NCBI GenBank assembly: GCA_965287045.1
Contig: OZ336880.1
Location: 74,834,001 to 74,898,000 of the forward strand
Direction: 5' to 3'
Source of the DNA: Carcharhinus amblyrhynchos
Lineage: Eukaryota
DNA length: 64,000 nt
In this document: positions 12,334-23,471 of the stretch, in pieces
How positions within the stretch are numbered: the stretch's first letter is position 1
Layout: every line of letters starts with the position of its first letter
The notes under the pieces: model-generated
Database searches by the model: none
Seen by the model: only the letters and a program-made list of their open reading frames with translations
Told to the model about the DNA's origin: nothing
Translations under genes and position numbers: made by a program

Positions 12334-12671
12334 ATAGAATCCCAAGGAGAACGAGGCCATTCAGCCCATTGAGTCTGCACCAACTCTCTGACAGAACGCC
12401 TTACTCAGGCCTATCCCCATAACCCCATACAATTATCCTGGTAATCCCGCTAACCCAAGCTTCTTGGGACACTGAGGGATTATTTAGCATAGGCAATCCA
12501 TCCAACCTGCACATCTTTGGACAGCGGGAGGAAACCGGCGCACTTGAAGGAAACTCACAGCGACATGGGGAGAATGTACAAACTCTACACAGTCACCCAA
12601 GGCTGGAGTTAAACCCAGGTCTCTGGAGTTGTGGGGCAGCAGTGTTAACCACAGTTCCACCATGCCACCCC
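12334..12671 (-). mobile_element. HE1/V-SINE, tail A
   Basis: Full reverse-oriented copy. Confidence 0.9.
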
Positions 12672-13009
12672 ATGACAAAGAATAGTATCAAAACCAACAA
12701 CTAGCCAACAGAACAGTGCAACCTCAGGTTCTTTTATTAATCTTCATTTAACTATTTCTTGTACTGAAAGCAGAGACTAACAATCACCATTATACAAATC
12801 CCTATTGCTTGTCTTTTGTGACTGTGTATTCTCAAGGTCCCATAAGATGCTTTCACAGTGATTGAATTGAAGGGAAATAGAAAATTGCTGAATTCCATTG
12901 AGGGCTCCAGAAATCTTGAGTAACTTTAGCCATAGAACACCCAACTGCTGACTGCAGTATCTGAATGGTAGCCAAACAAGTCAAATTCAACTGGTTGTCT
13001 GGTACCAAG

Positions 13010-13393
13010 AATGTGGCTTTCCTCCAGGTGCTCCAGTTTCCTCCCAAGATCCAAAAATGTGCAGGTTAGGGGGCGGTTTGGTGGCACAGTGGTTAGCATT
13101 GCTGCCTCTCAGCACCAGGGACCCAGGTTAAATTCCAGCCTCGGGTTACTGTCTGTGTGGAGTTTGCACATTGTCTGCATGGGTTTCCTCTGGGTGGTCC
13201 AGTTTCCTCCCATGGTCCAAAAAGTACATGTTAGGTGGATTGGCCATGATAAATTGCCCCTTATAGTGTTGGAGGGATTAGTAGGGCAAATCCATGGGTT
13301 ACGGGGATAGAGCCTGGGTGGGATTGTTATCAGTGCAGTATCGAAGGGCCAGATGGCCTCCTTCTACATTATAGGGTTTCTATGATTCTATGA
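13010..13393 (+). mobile_element. HE1/V-SINE, tail A, preceded by a partial body of the same family
   Basis: Body fragment 13010-13068, then a full copy from 13069 ending ttctatgattctatga. Confidence 0.85.
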
Positions 13394-14269
13394 ATAAGGG
13401 TGTTGACATAATGTGGGGCAGGGGCATACTAACAGAGGGCAAGATTTGCGTCACCCATGCTGAAAATGTTCTGTACATGGGGGCTGTATGTCAAGCTTTC
13501 GCAATGCTATGTCGGAGAAAAGGAGGGAAAAGATAGCATTCAAAAGCCCTTCCCACACCATCCCTCTTGGAATATGGAGCTGATGGTGAGTTTCTGTCAA
13601 AATGATCAGAGTTTCCACCAGAGGCTTCAACATTGTGAGTCCCCGTGCAGTGTTCTTAGATTTGTCCGCCCAATCCCTGGTGGATGGAATGAGCTGAAGT
13701 TTGTGCTTGGAGACCAAACAAAAGGTAGAACCGGACTCTTCCATGTCCTCTGCTATTTTACAGAAACTGACTGGCAGGCTGTGCAGTGAACGTCAATGCT
13801 TGTGTTGTGTAGCCAACCATTCTTTTCTGTAGACAGTATTTTGCGGTCTTCATTTCCACCTCTTTGCGCAGTGTTTGAGATACAAGATTACCCTCTGATA
13901 CAAGGTTACCTGGACTGGCCTATCCAGTTACCCTTCCTCCTGCACACTTGGGTTCAATGAATCTAGTCACCCCCCCCGCCACCTCCCTCACTTCCATCCC
14001 AACCCCTACACCTCTAATCTGTCTCTGAGCTTTGTGCAGTACCAGTCTCTGGGCTGCTGTCTGCTTGAATAACATTGAGTGACTTTGCATCTTCTGGAAG
14101 GCCATTCTGCTCATTCTAGGGTCCTTGTATATCCTCCACAGTTTCAAGATTTGTAAAAAAAAGGGAGAAACAAAGAATTAGCAGCTAACGGCCAGGTTAG
14201 TCAAGAGGGATGAGTGACAACAAAACTTTAGCTTGGAGATAAGATTTCAGCGAGAAGGCAAAGATAGTG

Positions 14270-14615
14270 GGATGGTCAGAACCCAAGTGGGACTTATCTT
14301 TTAATCTCTCCACTTTCCACAGTGGCCTTTTTGGATCTTCTCCTATGTCTGCCTGGTCCTTGTTATTATGTGTCTGCTCCTGCTGCAAGAAAGACGGGAG
14401 TGTGTTCATTACTGTTAGCCTGGTGAGATGTTTTGAGCATGTGCATATTATAGTTGAAACGTGTTGCTGTTGTGTGAGAGATGACATAGGTGTGAAGGAT
14501 GATGGAAGTGATAATGAGGACAGAGCAGGTGCTACAGGTAATGCACGGTACAGCAGAAAGAAACAAGAAATATGAGTTAGGCGTCTTACCTTAAAGGTTC
14601 TTGAGCAAAGAGTAC
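14270..14615 (-). pseudogene. Decayed Harbinger Myb/SANT-like ORF relic with a ~200-nt intron
   Basis: Donor AAG|gtaaga (~14590), acceptor gtctttcttgcag| (~14385), then QEQTHNNKDQADIGEDP, resembling the EKxAHNxRExxxTGGGP segment that follows the Myb/SANT-like domain. Confidence 0.45.
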
Positions 14616-14635
14616 TTATATTTCAGCCAGGTCTT

Positions 14636-14965
14636 TGGAGACAGTGACCTAGTTGTATTATTGCTGGACTATTAATCCAGAAACTCAGCTAATGTTCTGG
14701 GGATCCAGGTTCAAATCCTGACACTCCAGATGGTGGAATTTGAATTCAATAAAAAATATCTGGAATTAAGAATCTACTGATAACCATGAAACCATTGTCG
14801 ATTGGTTCACAAATGGCCATCCTTACCTGGACTGGCCTACATGTGACTTGAGACCTACAGCAATGCGGTTGACTTTCAGCTGCCCTCTGAGCAAGGGCAA
14901 TTAGGAACGGGCAATAAATGTTGGCCAGCCAGCGACGCCCATGTCCCACGAATGAATTTTAAAGA
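14636..14965 (+). mobile_element. tRNA-derived SINE (family B)
   Basis: ggttcaaatcc B-box; tail gggcaataaatgttggccagccagcgacgcccatgtcccacgaatgaat. Confidence 0.85.
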
Positions 14966-14981
14966 AAGGAAAGTGATATGA

Positions 14982-15072
14982 ACACAAAATGCTGGAAATA
15001 CCCCACAGGTCAGGCAGAATCTATGAAACAAAACAGAGTAAACATTTCAGGTTGAAATGATTTCATCAAAAC
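14982..15072 (-). mobile_element. Penelope-like fragment (family P2), decayed hammerhead-like core
   Basis: Minus strand: TTGATGA...cctGAAAtgtttactctgttt...agattctgcctgacctg...ccagcattttgtgtt; homologous to 16158-16240, 42038-42130 and 59345-59452. Confidence 0.6.
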
Positions 15073-15074
15073 CC

Positions 15075-16137
15075 GAGCCGGAAATCTCCCCAAAAAATTC
15101 TAAGTCTCACATTCGTGTGAAACTGGAGTAATTCACTTTGTTTTTTCCAGTGAGAGTTCGGAGGAGGATTTCCCACACTCTGTACACCGCAGAGGCCACC
15201 AGTGTGAATATCATCAAAAACTAGGGGGTGGGGTCTATCCCCACTGAAAAGACTGAAATCAGCATGCTGAGTGAATTACTGTGCATGCGTTGATCTATCA
15301 GTGCCGAGATCAGTGCATGCACAGTGACCCCGCACTGACAGCCTTCTGTTTGCTGGCCAGCTTAATCGCTTAACCCCCCACAATGCCGGCTCTCTGCCCC
15401 TCATGACCTGATCACTAGCCCCCCCAATCATTCCTGGGTCCAGACCTTGACCCCACCTCCTGGCGCTCTGATCTCCAGCGCTACCCCCGACAATTTCCAC
15501 TTCATAGTCCCATTTCCCCAGACAGTATCACGCCCTCCAGCAGTCCTGACTCCCCCTCTAGCTGTCCCCCCACCCCCTCACCAGCCCACTTCAATTGCTG
15601 GCCTTGCTCCTTCCCCCATTGATCACTATGCAGAGCGGCAGTGGGACCCCCTCACCTCCTACCCCTTAACACTGCCCATCAGGCATGAGGCAGCCCATCA
15701 AGCCTTGCCTCAGGGGCGGTGCCAGAGGCCCAGGTTGGAACCCGATACCTAGGAGTCACCCTGCTCTCCCTTCGTGCCCAACCCTCAGTGGGGCTCCAAT
15801 TGCCCCCACTTCACTCCAGCAGGGTCGGGCCAGTAGTTCCCTGAAATCTTCTGTAAACCCTACTGGAGTGAAATACTACTAGTGCGGTGGAGAAGCTATC
15901 GGATCCAGAGCCTTCTGTCCTGGACTTGCTAATGGGATTTAATAGGATTTAAAGTATATGGTAATGAACAATACAATAACTTATGTGCCTCCCCGCCAAT
16001 TTCCAGTCACTGGAATTGATGCCATTGGAAATCCGGTGCTGGGAGACACTAGAGGGTCAGGATGTCCAGCGCAGATCGCATGCACTGGGCACTGCTGGAG
16101 TCTCCCAGCCTGCCAGCGGGCTGTGAGAATCGTACCC
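15075..16137 (+). mobile_element. ~1-kb Harbinger-like non-autonomous element
   Basis: Colinear with 5662-6703; termini gagccggaaatctcc...gagaatcgtaccc. Confidence 0.7.
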
Positions 16138-16157
16138 TCCCCCACCCTATCACCACC

Positions 16158-16240
16158 AGTTTCTGCTTCTCTACACAGATGGCTGTTGAGTATTTGCAAT
16201 GTTTTATTTTTGTTTCAGACTTCCAAAGTATTTTGCTTTT
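16158..16240 (+). mobile_element. Penelope-like fragment (family P2)
   Basis: tctctacacagatggctg...tgagtattt...tttgtttcagacttcca. Confidence 0.55.
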
Positions 16241-16379
16241 GTGCTGCCTTGGAACAGCACTGTTGGATCTGACCTGCTCTTCCCCTTCACAGGAGAGAGA
16301 GGCAGCAAGGCACTGAACTGTAGGGAATAAATTCTAGAAACTAGGCCTGGACATTTGAAGATATGGCTGCTAATTATGA

Positions 16380-16820
16380 TTGAGATGCTCAAGAGGCCAG
16401 AATTGAAGAAGTGTTGAGATCTTGGGTGGTTGTACAAGTGGAGGATGCTATAGGGGATTAACGTGACAATTTTAAAATCGAGGCAAATACAGGCTAGTAA
16501 ACACAGGGTTGATGGATGAATCGGACTAGGTGTGAGTTAGGATATAAGGAGAGTGTTTTAGATAAGTTCATGTCTATTGAGTGTGAAAAATTGGAGGGTG
16601 ATCAGGAGAGTATTACAATAGTCAAGTCTAGAACCAACAGCGGCATCAGCAATAGTTTCAGCAGATGAGCTGAGGCAGGGACAGAAGTGGGCAATGTTAT
16701 AAAGTTGGAAGTAGGCAGTCTTTGTGAAGGAACAGGTACATGGCTGAAAATTCATCTCAGGGTCAAACACAATATCATGGCTACGATTGGTCTAATTCAA
16801 CCATAGGCAGTTGCCCAGAA
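16380..16820 (-). mobile_element. L2-clade LINE 3' fragment
   Basis: Minus-strand peptide TKTAYFQLYNIAHFCPCLSSSAETI...SRLDYCNTLL is a classic L2 ORF2 C-terminal motif. Confidence 0.85.
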
Positions 16821-17444
16821 GAGGGAAGGGATTATGCCCTCCAATATTATTTCAAATCATGCTAATAGATTTTAACTTCAGGAAGAATGACTGATGGAAT
16901 GATAAATCCTTGGCTGTCAAGTGAGTGAAGATTTTGTAGCCATCTTAAGCTTAGAAATCATTCAAATCTCACCGGTGAGTGGCTTTCAGCCCAGGGACTT
17001 CCTATTATAACTCACCAGCTCTGGGCCAATGCAAAATTGGACAGTTAAGACAATAGAAAGGCCCAAAACTAAGTCACTAAAGGGGTGTCCAGGGGAACTA
17101 GAATCTAGAAGTGGGTGGGTAAAGTTCAACATTCTGCCGGCAGCAGTTTTACAGAGCCAGAATAAGCCACATGATGTGTGTACAACATCAATTCCATGGG
17201 GAAGGTCATTTAAAGACCGTAGCATGAGTTGGTGTTACAGAGCAATAAAGTCTATAGATCATGGCCACCCCACAATGATCGGGCCAGGTGAAAATTGACC
17301 CACAGCCCATATCACAGGATCAATCATTAATATTATAAAAGTGGAACTACTTGAACACAAAAGAGTAGCTTCACCTTGTAATATTAACTTTAATATTAAT
17401 CTTAAATGACTGAAAGATAGACATTTTAAATTGCTCATTACTGG

Positions 17445-17631
17445 GCTTCTTTGGCCACCCTGAGGCATTTTTCTCACAGTGGGATACGGCGTACCTTTTC
17501 TTGGTGATGAGATCTTCTGGTCCCCCTGCTATCAATGTGATTTGCCATTGAATCCACCCTCTCATCCCCAGGAAACCTGCAGCAGGGGGGTGTGCTGTCA
17601 GTGGGATCCTGCTGGCATGAAGATCAGGCCC
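17445..17631. mobile_element. Short Harbinger-like MITE (~180 bp class)
   Basis: Similar to 29430-29612 and, inverted, to 11064-11240. Confidence 0.55.
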
Positions 17632-17652
17632 CATGTCTCTCCAATACATTAT

Positions 17653-17985
17653 CATAGAATCCCTACAGTGCAGATGGAGGACATTTGGCCCCTCGAGTCT
17701 GCACCGACAACAATCCCACTTAGGCCCTATCCTTGTAACCCCACATATTTACCCCACTAATTCCTCTAACCTACACATCCTGGGACACTAAAGGACAATT
17801 TAACATAGCCAATGCGTCTAACCTGCACATCTTTGGACTGTAGGAGGAAATCCACACAGACATGGGGAGAATGTGCAAACTCCATACAGTCAGTGACCCA
17901 AGCTAGGAATCGAACCCAGGTCTCTGGAGCTGTGACACAGCAGTGTTATCTATTGTGCCACCCTCCGCTGTGCCATCATGCCATG
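17653..17985 (-). mobile_element. HE1/V-SINE, tail A
   Basis: Full reverse-oriented copy. Confidence 0.9.
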
Positions 17986-18066
17986 CTACCTTTTCTTCTT
18001 CATTTTCTTTTCACTTTTTTTTTACTTTTACATCATTCCTTATTTAATCATGCATTATTTAATGTT

Positions 18067-18343
18067 TTAAAGTTTATTTATTAGTGTCACAAGTAGGCTT
18101 ACATTACTGCAATGAATTTATGATCAAAATCCCCTGGACATCACACTCTGATACCTGATCGGGTACCCTGAGGGAGAATTTAGCGTGGCCATTGCACCAG
18201 AAAACTGGAGCACCCGGAGGAAACACGAGTAGACACGGGGAGAGTGTGCAGACTCCCTACAGAGAGTGACCCAAGCTAGGAATCAAACTGGGTCCCTGGC
18301 ACTGTGAGGCAGCAGTACTAACTACTGAGCCACCGTGCTGCCA
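18067..18343 (-). mobile_element. HE1/V-SINE, tail B (internal deletion)
   Basis: Head ggcagcacggtggctcagt; tail gtaagcctacttgtgacactaataaataaacttt. Confidence 0.9.
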
Positions 18344-18355
18344 TGAAAATAATAG

Positions 18356-18428
18356 CACTCAATGTGGGGCCTGAACCCACAACCCTGAGATTAAGAGTCT
18401 CATGCTGTACCGACTGAGCTAGCCAGGC
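18356..18428 (-). tRNA. tRNA-Lys(CTT), probably a pseudogene
   Basis: GCCTGGCTAGCTCAGTCGGTACAGCATGAGACTCTTAATCTCAGGGTTGTGGGTTCAGGCCCCACATTGAGTG (73 nt). By eye it differs at about 8 positions from the conserved vertebrate tRNA-Lys-CTT, half of them CpG transitions, and the T-loop TTCGA is changed to TTCAG. No CCA; TTTT shortly downstream. Confidence 0.9.
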
Positions 18429-18466
18429 AAAAAATTGGTACTTCAAGGTACAAGTTCTACCTCGAT

Positions 18467-18540
18467 AAGAAGCCAGGTTAAAGTCCAACAGATTTATTTG
18501 GTATCATGAGCTTTCGGAACACTGCTCCTTCATCAGGTGA
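18467..18540 (-). mobile_element. Penelope-like fragment (P1) with a minimal type-I hammerhead ribozyme motif
   Basis: TCAC-CTGATGA-A-GGAGC(AGT)GTTCC-GAAA-GC-TC-ATGA at 18540->18504. Confidence 0.8.
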
Positions 18541-19304
18541 GCAGAGTCAATTGCTACCTCAATATACCTGATGCTGATGATTCCAACCTTGCCTTGTTTA
18601 AAATGAAACTTAACAGTGAATTACTATTTTTTCAGATCCTTCTACCCAGTTATGAGGTTTACTAAAGCTCCCAAGGCATCTTTTTGCTTTGCCAATTGAG
18701 TTCTGCAGTCACAAAGATTGAAGTGCTTATGCCATAGGTTTCTCCCACATCCACAGCTATCATTCCTTTGAAACTGAAGCTGAAATTGTCAGGATTGTGT
18801 ATGGTTCACCAGACAATAGCTGTGATTAGAGCCTTCAGGTTAAAGTAGGTGAGGATGCTGGCTTTACATTTCACATTCTGTATCGTTGTTTATAAGCATC
18901 GCCACATGATGTAATTATATCATCAAATACAGATTGCTCAAGAATGCAGGAGGATAGAACAAAAAGACTCACATTATTTTATTGATATTTTTTCTTCCAT
19001 TTGTTCCTTAATGGGTGACTTATTTCCACAATAAGAAGCTGAAATGCTTTCAAAAATGCCAGGGATCCATATGATTTCCCAATGTACAAAAATTCAGCAA
19101 GATGTTATTTGACAAAAATAAATCTCTCACAATAAATACTCCTTAAAGGGCCATGATTAAATTTGCTTTCCTCTCAACCACTGGAAAAATATTACCTGTT
19201 CTGCAATAAAGTACTATTCCAAGTAGAACAAGTCATGACGGAGACAACATGCGCAATACATTTTGTTTGCAACAGAACTGGCTCTATGAATGATGACTGG
19301 ATTA

Positions 19305-19370
19305 GAACTGTGGAATCCCTACAGTGCAGAGGGAGGCCATTCAGCCCCGTCACATCTGCACCGACTAGCT
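19305..19370 (-). mobile_element. HE1-type SINE tail fragment
   Basis: gaatccctacagtgcagagggaggccattcagccc...tctgcaccgac. Confidence 0.8.
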
Positions 19371-19639
19371 GAAAGAACATGGGCAATATTTTGCTCTTAC
19401 CTGATACTTCTGCTTTGATAAGGGAAAATTCTATCATGCCCCTTCTCCTGGCATGCAGCACTTCCAGCAACTCTCTGATGCAGTGAACTGGGAAAGAGTA
19501 GTGGTATTGCTTGCTCATGCTTAGTACAGTCAGCCTCCAAAGAAATTGAGCTATCCTGTACCTACTCTGCACCTATAGGTCCATTGGAAGAGATGGACCT
19601 CCAATTTAATCAGATGGCTCTGATTAAATATCAATGACT

Positions 19640-20237
19640 ATTTCCAGCTTCTTGGATGATTCCCCCAACTAGCAAGAGGTCACATGATGACCATGCTGGA
19701 TGATCCAAGGCCGTTGCAGTCCTTGGATAGTCGTTGGTATGACTGGGCAGTGTTCACGGGGCTATGCCAACCTTGCCCAGCAGGCACCTTGATGGGCATC
19801 GCAGCTGTGGTGGGGGAATGCCAAGGGGCTTGAGTTGGGATTGGGCAATGATGAGGGAGGCAAGGGGAGAACTCTGCAAGGGGAGGGAGAGGGAGCTCTA
19901 CAAAATGGGGAAACAAGAAGGGAGTACTGTAGGAGTAGTGATGAGCAGGGAGGGAACTCTGCAGATGGGGGGAGTGTTAGGTGGGGGTGGAGAACTCTGC
20001 AGAGGGGGTGATGATTGGCGGGTGGGGAGGGGAGCAGCACTGGTAATGATCAGCAGCAGTTGTTGGGGGTGATGCCCATGGTGTTGGAGGGGGAGGTGGG
20101 GATGTGGGAGGCAGATCTCCCAATGCACTGGGAGATTGGGGCACCTGCGCAATGGCGCACCAAGTGCTCAGCATCCAGCCTCACCAGTGAACTGAGGCTC
20201 TGCCCCAAACATGTCCCATTGCTGGTGAGAATCACAT
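19640..20237 (-). mobile_element. Partial GC-rich Harbinger-like element with degenerate internal repeats
   Basis: Repeated gaactctgca units; hairpin atctccca-atgcac-tgggagat next to tgcgcaatggcgca, as in the ~1-kb MITE family; ends gtgagaatc. Confidence 0.5.
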
Positions 20238-20399
20238 TGTGAGGCAGCAGTGCTAACCACAGTGCCATTGTGCTATTCCGAAGGCATTACTTAAACTAGA
20301 ACGTGTAACAAATCAGATAAAGAGGCTTCCTGATATGACAATCTGCCCACCTTGGCAGGCTTCCAACATACACAGGCCAAGAGTTTGCATCCAGCAAAT

Positions 20400-20515
20400 A
20401 TGACAGTGTAGCACTCCCTCAGTAGTACACTGGAATCACAGCTGAGATTTTGTTCTGAAGTCTCTGGAGAGGGGCTTGAACCCAAACCCTACCCAGAGGT
20501 GAGTGTTACCGCTAA
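20400..20515 (-). mobile_element. Deu-domain SINE head fragment
   Basis: Minus strand gggttcaagcccctctccagagacttcag...gtactactgagggagtgctacactgtc, matching the head of the 61990 copy. Confidence 0.65.
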
Positions 20516-20576
20516 TTTACAGTTGACTCTATAATTCCTCAGCTGACACAAGCTTTGTAACTGATCAATCAAGTTT

Positions 20577-20878
20577 GGGGCAGCATGGTAGCATAGTGTT
20601 AGCACTACTGCCTCAAAATGCCTGGGACCTGGGTTCGATTCCTGGCTTGGGTCACCGTCTGTGTGGCGTTTGCACATTCTCCCCATGTCTGCATGAGTTT
20701 TCTCCCTCAGTTCAAAGATGTGCGGATTAGGTAGATTGGCCATGCTAAATTGCCCCTTAGTTCCAGGGGCACTAGCTAAGGCGAATGCATGGGATTGTGG
20801 GGATGGGCCCTGGGCAGGATTGTGGTCGGTGCAGGCTTGATGGGCCGAATGGGATCCTTCTGAACTGTATGATTCTAA
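20577..20878 (+). mobile_element. HE1/V-SINE, tail A
   Basis: Near-full copy with intact ggttcgattcc B-box. Confidence 0.9.
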
Positions 20879-21354
20879 ATTTCACTTAGGCGTTATCTCA
20901 CTTTTATCTACTTTTTGTCAAGTAACAACTAGCTTGCAGTTGGAGAAAAGGAACAGAAAATAAATTGGAAGTCAAAACATGAATTTATTTTACTTTCTGA
21001 AGCTAAACTCTTGAGAGGTACTAATTATTTCCAAGGTGAAATCCAGTAAATTCCGCTGTCAGCCTTAAAGCTGAGACCACAAATATGTAAAACCATGAAC
21101 AGTTTAAGATGCATATCCCTTGAACCAATCGCAGTTCATGAAATTAATCAGGCCAATAAAAATATGGATTAGTCACCCGCATACTCTGTGCAGATGACAT
21201 TTAGAAAAATAATGACAACATTATTCTTCCAAGATTAGAGAGTACATAAACCAATTAATGGAGGCATATTTTTATTCTCATATCCACATTTGCAACCAAA
21301 AATGTATCCAGTACCTTTCCTGTGGAGATAGGCGCATGAATTAAAAAAAAATGT

Positions 21355-21810
21355 TTTGATTTGATTTATTATTGTCGCATATATTACAGTGAAAAGTATT
21401 GTTTCTTGCACGCTATACTGACAAAGCATACCAGCATACTGTACATAGAGAAGGAAACAGAAGAGTGCAGAGTTTAGTGTTACAGTCATAGTTAGGGTGT
21501 AGAGAAAGATCAACTTATTGCAAGGTAGGTCCATTCAAAAGTCTGATGGCAGCAGGGAAGAAGCTATTTTTGAGTCGGTTTGTGTGTGACCTCAGATTTT
21601 TGTATCATTTTCCCGACAGAAGAAGGTGGAAGAGAGAATCTCCAGGATGTGTGGCGTCCTTAATTATGCTGGCAGCTTTGCTGAGGCAGTGGGAAGTATA
21701 GTCAGAGTCAATGGATAGGAGGCTGTTTTGTGTAATGGATTAGGCTACATTCACGACCTTTTGTAGTTTCTTGCAGTCTTGAGCAAAGCAGGAGCCATAC
21801 CAAGCTGTGA
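21355..21810 (-). mobile_element. Rex1/Babar LINE 3' fragment
   Basis: Reverse complement of the 3' end of 33051-34627, including the aataaatcaaatc tail. Confidence 0.85.
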
Positions 21811-21869
21811 ACCAAACAGGTGCACTCGCATTAGAGACAGTATAGCAAAGTTCCACTAAATAAACCTCA

Positions 21870-22380
21870 GGTTGAAGAGACTAATCTTATGATGAGAGAC
21901 TGAGCAAAACTGGGTCTAATGTGTCTGTTGTTTAGAAGAATGAGAGGCAATTGCACTGAAAAATACAAGATCCTGAAACGGCTTGGCAGAGTTAACGTTG
22001 AGAGATAGTTTGCAACTGTTGGGGAATCTAAAACTCAGATCACAGTCTCAGAATAAAATGCTGATCACTTAGGGCTGAGATGAGAAGAAATTATACTTCC
22101 GGGTCGATCATTTTGGACTTTGGTGAGGAGAATTAGTTTCATTCAAAGGATTGTAAATCTTTGGAGTTCTCCACAACCTGGGAGGATTGTGGGTACTCCA
22201 TCGTTGAATACATATAAGGCTGGGATAGACTGATTTTTAATCCCTCAGGGAATTAAGGGATATGGGGAATGGGCAGGAAAGTAGAATTGAAACCAAAGGT
22301 CAGCCATTATCATACTGAATAGTGGAGCATGTTCAACAGGCCAAATTGCCTATTCCTGCTCCTATTTCTTGTGTTCTTGT
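21870..22380 (+). mobile_element. CR1-clade LINE 3' fragment
   Basis: tttagaagaatgagaggc...cacagtctcagaataa...ctattcctgctcctatttcttgtgttcttgt. Confidence 0.85.
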
Positions 22381-22392
22381 AAGTTTGAGATT

Positions 22393-22470
22393 CCAAATAA
22401 ACCTGTTGGACTTTGACTTTAAGACTTCTTACTGTGCCCATCCCAGCCCATTGCTGGCATCTCCACATCA
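22393..22470 (+). mobile_element. Penelope-like fragment (P1)
   Basis: ccaaataaacctgttggacttt...gacttcttactgtgccca...ggcatctccacatca. Confidence 0.75.
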
Positions 22471-22569
22471 TTGTGTTCAGTTATTACATCCTCTGCAGTG
22501 TTGCTTAATTAACCACAACTAGACTCAAGCTCTGCTCGCTCCTCGACTAACTTAATGGGTAGCTGCTCC

Positions 22570-22740
22570 TTACCACAGTGAACTGAGTCATGGATATCAC
22601 AGATATCCAGGCCTTAACTCCCTGTTCTGTGCGGAGTTAGGAAATGGCAGCAGGGGTAGTGTAGAATGTTCCAACTGGCCTCAGCACCCTTGTGTTAGGG
22701 AGGGGAAAAATGAGCTGGGCTTCAAGCCAAAGGTTCATCC
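22570..22740 (+). mobile_element. Old SINE-like repeat fragment (family C)
   Basis: ctgtgcggagttag...caactggcctcagcaccct...tagggaggggaaaaat; similar to 23180-23265. Confidence 0.5.
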
Positions 22741-22839
22741 TGATAAGTCTTAATAGTGACTTAGTATACGTGCACTCAACAACTCAAATGGACTGGTGGT
22801 GAAATAAATGAACTATGGCATCACACAAATCAGGAGGGA

Positions 22840-23178
22840 CAAAGAACAAAGAAAATTACAGCACAGGAACAGGTCTTTTGGACATCCAAGCCTGCACCGA
22901 CAATGCTGCCTGACTAAACTAAAATCCTGAACCTTCCAGGGACCATATCCCTCTATTCCTATCATATCCATGTATTTGTCAAGACGCTCGTTAAAAGTCA
23001 CTATTGCATCCGCTTCCACTACCTCCCCGTCAGTGAATTCTAGGCACCCACCACCCTCTGTGTAAAAAAAAACTTGCCTAGTATATCTCCTTTAAACCTT
23101 GCCCTTTGCACCTTAAACCTCTGCCCCTCTTCCACCCTGAGATAAAGCTTCTGACTATCCACTCTGTCCATGCCCCTC
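22840..23178 (-). mobile_element. CR1-clade LINE 3' fragment
   Basis: Minus-strand VEADAIVTFNERLDKYM and tail ending ttttctttgttcttt. Confidence 0.85.
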
Positions 23179-23345
23179 AGGGTACCAGGTCTGATTCCAG
23201 GCCTGCGCTGAGTTAGTCTAGTTCAATCAGCATGATGGTGTGAACATTGCAACTGGCCTCAAGTTGAGGTTCAGGAGCCAAAAGATGCACAACTTCATTG
23301 GCGGAATGCTGTGTGAGTGGAAAGATACGATTAGACGCAGTTCTC

Positions 23346-23471
23346 GGGGTGAATTTTCCCATTCCACCTGCAATGGGAATCGTAGCAGTCAAGGGGTAGA
23401 TCATTGAAGGTCCATTGACCTCCGGCGGGATTTTCTGGATTCAGAACAAGCATGGCTGGAAAATCCCATCC
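23346..23471. mobile_element. Short Harbinger-like MITE
   Basis: TIR-like ends ggggtgaattttcc...ggaaaatcccatcc. Confidence 0.7.
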
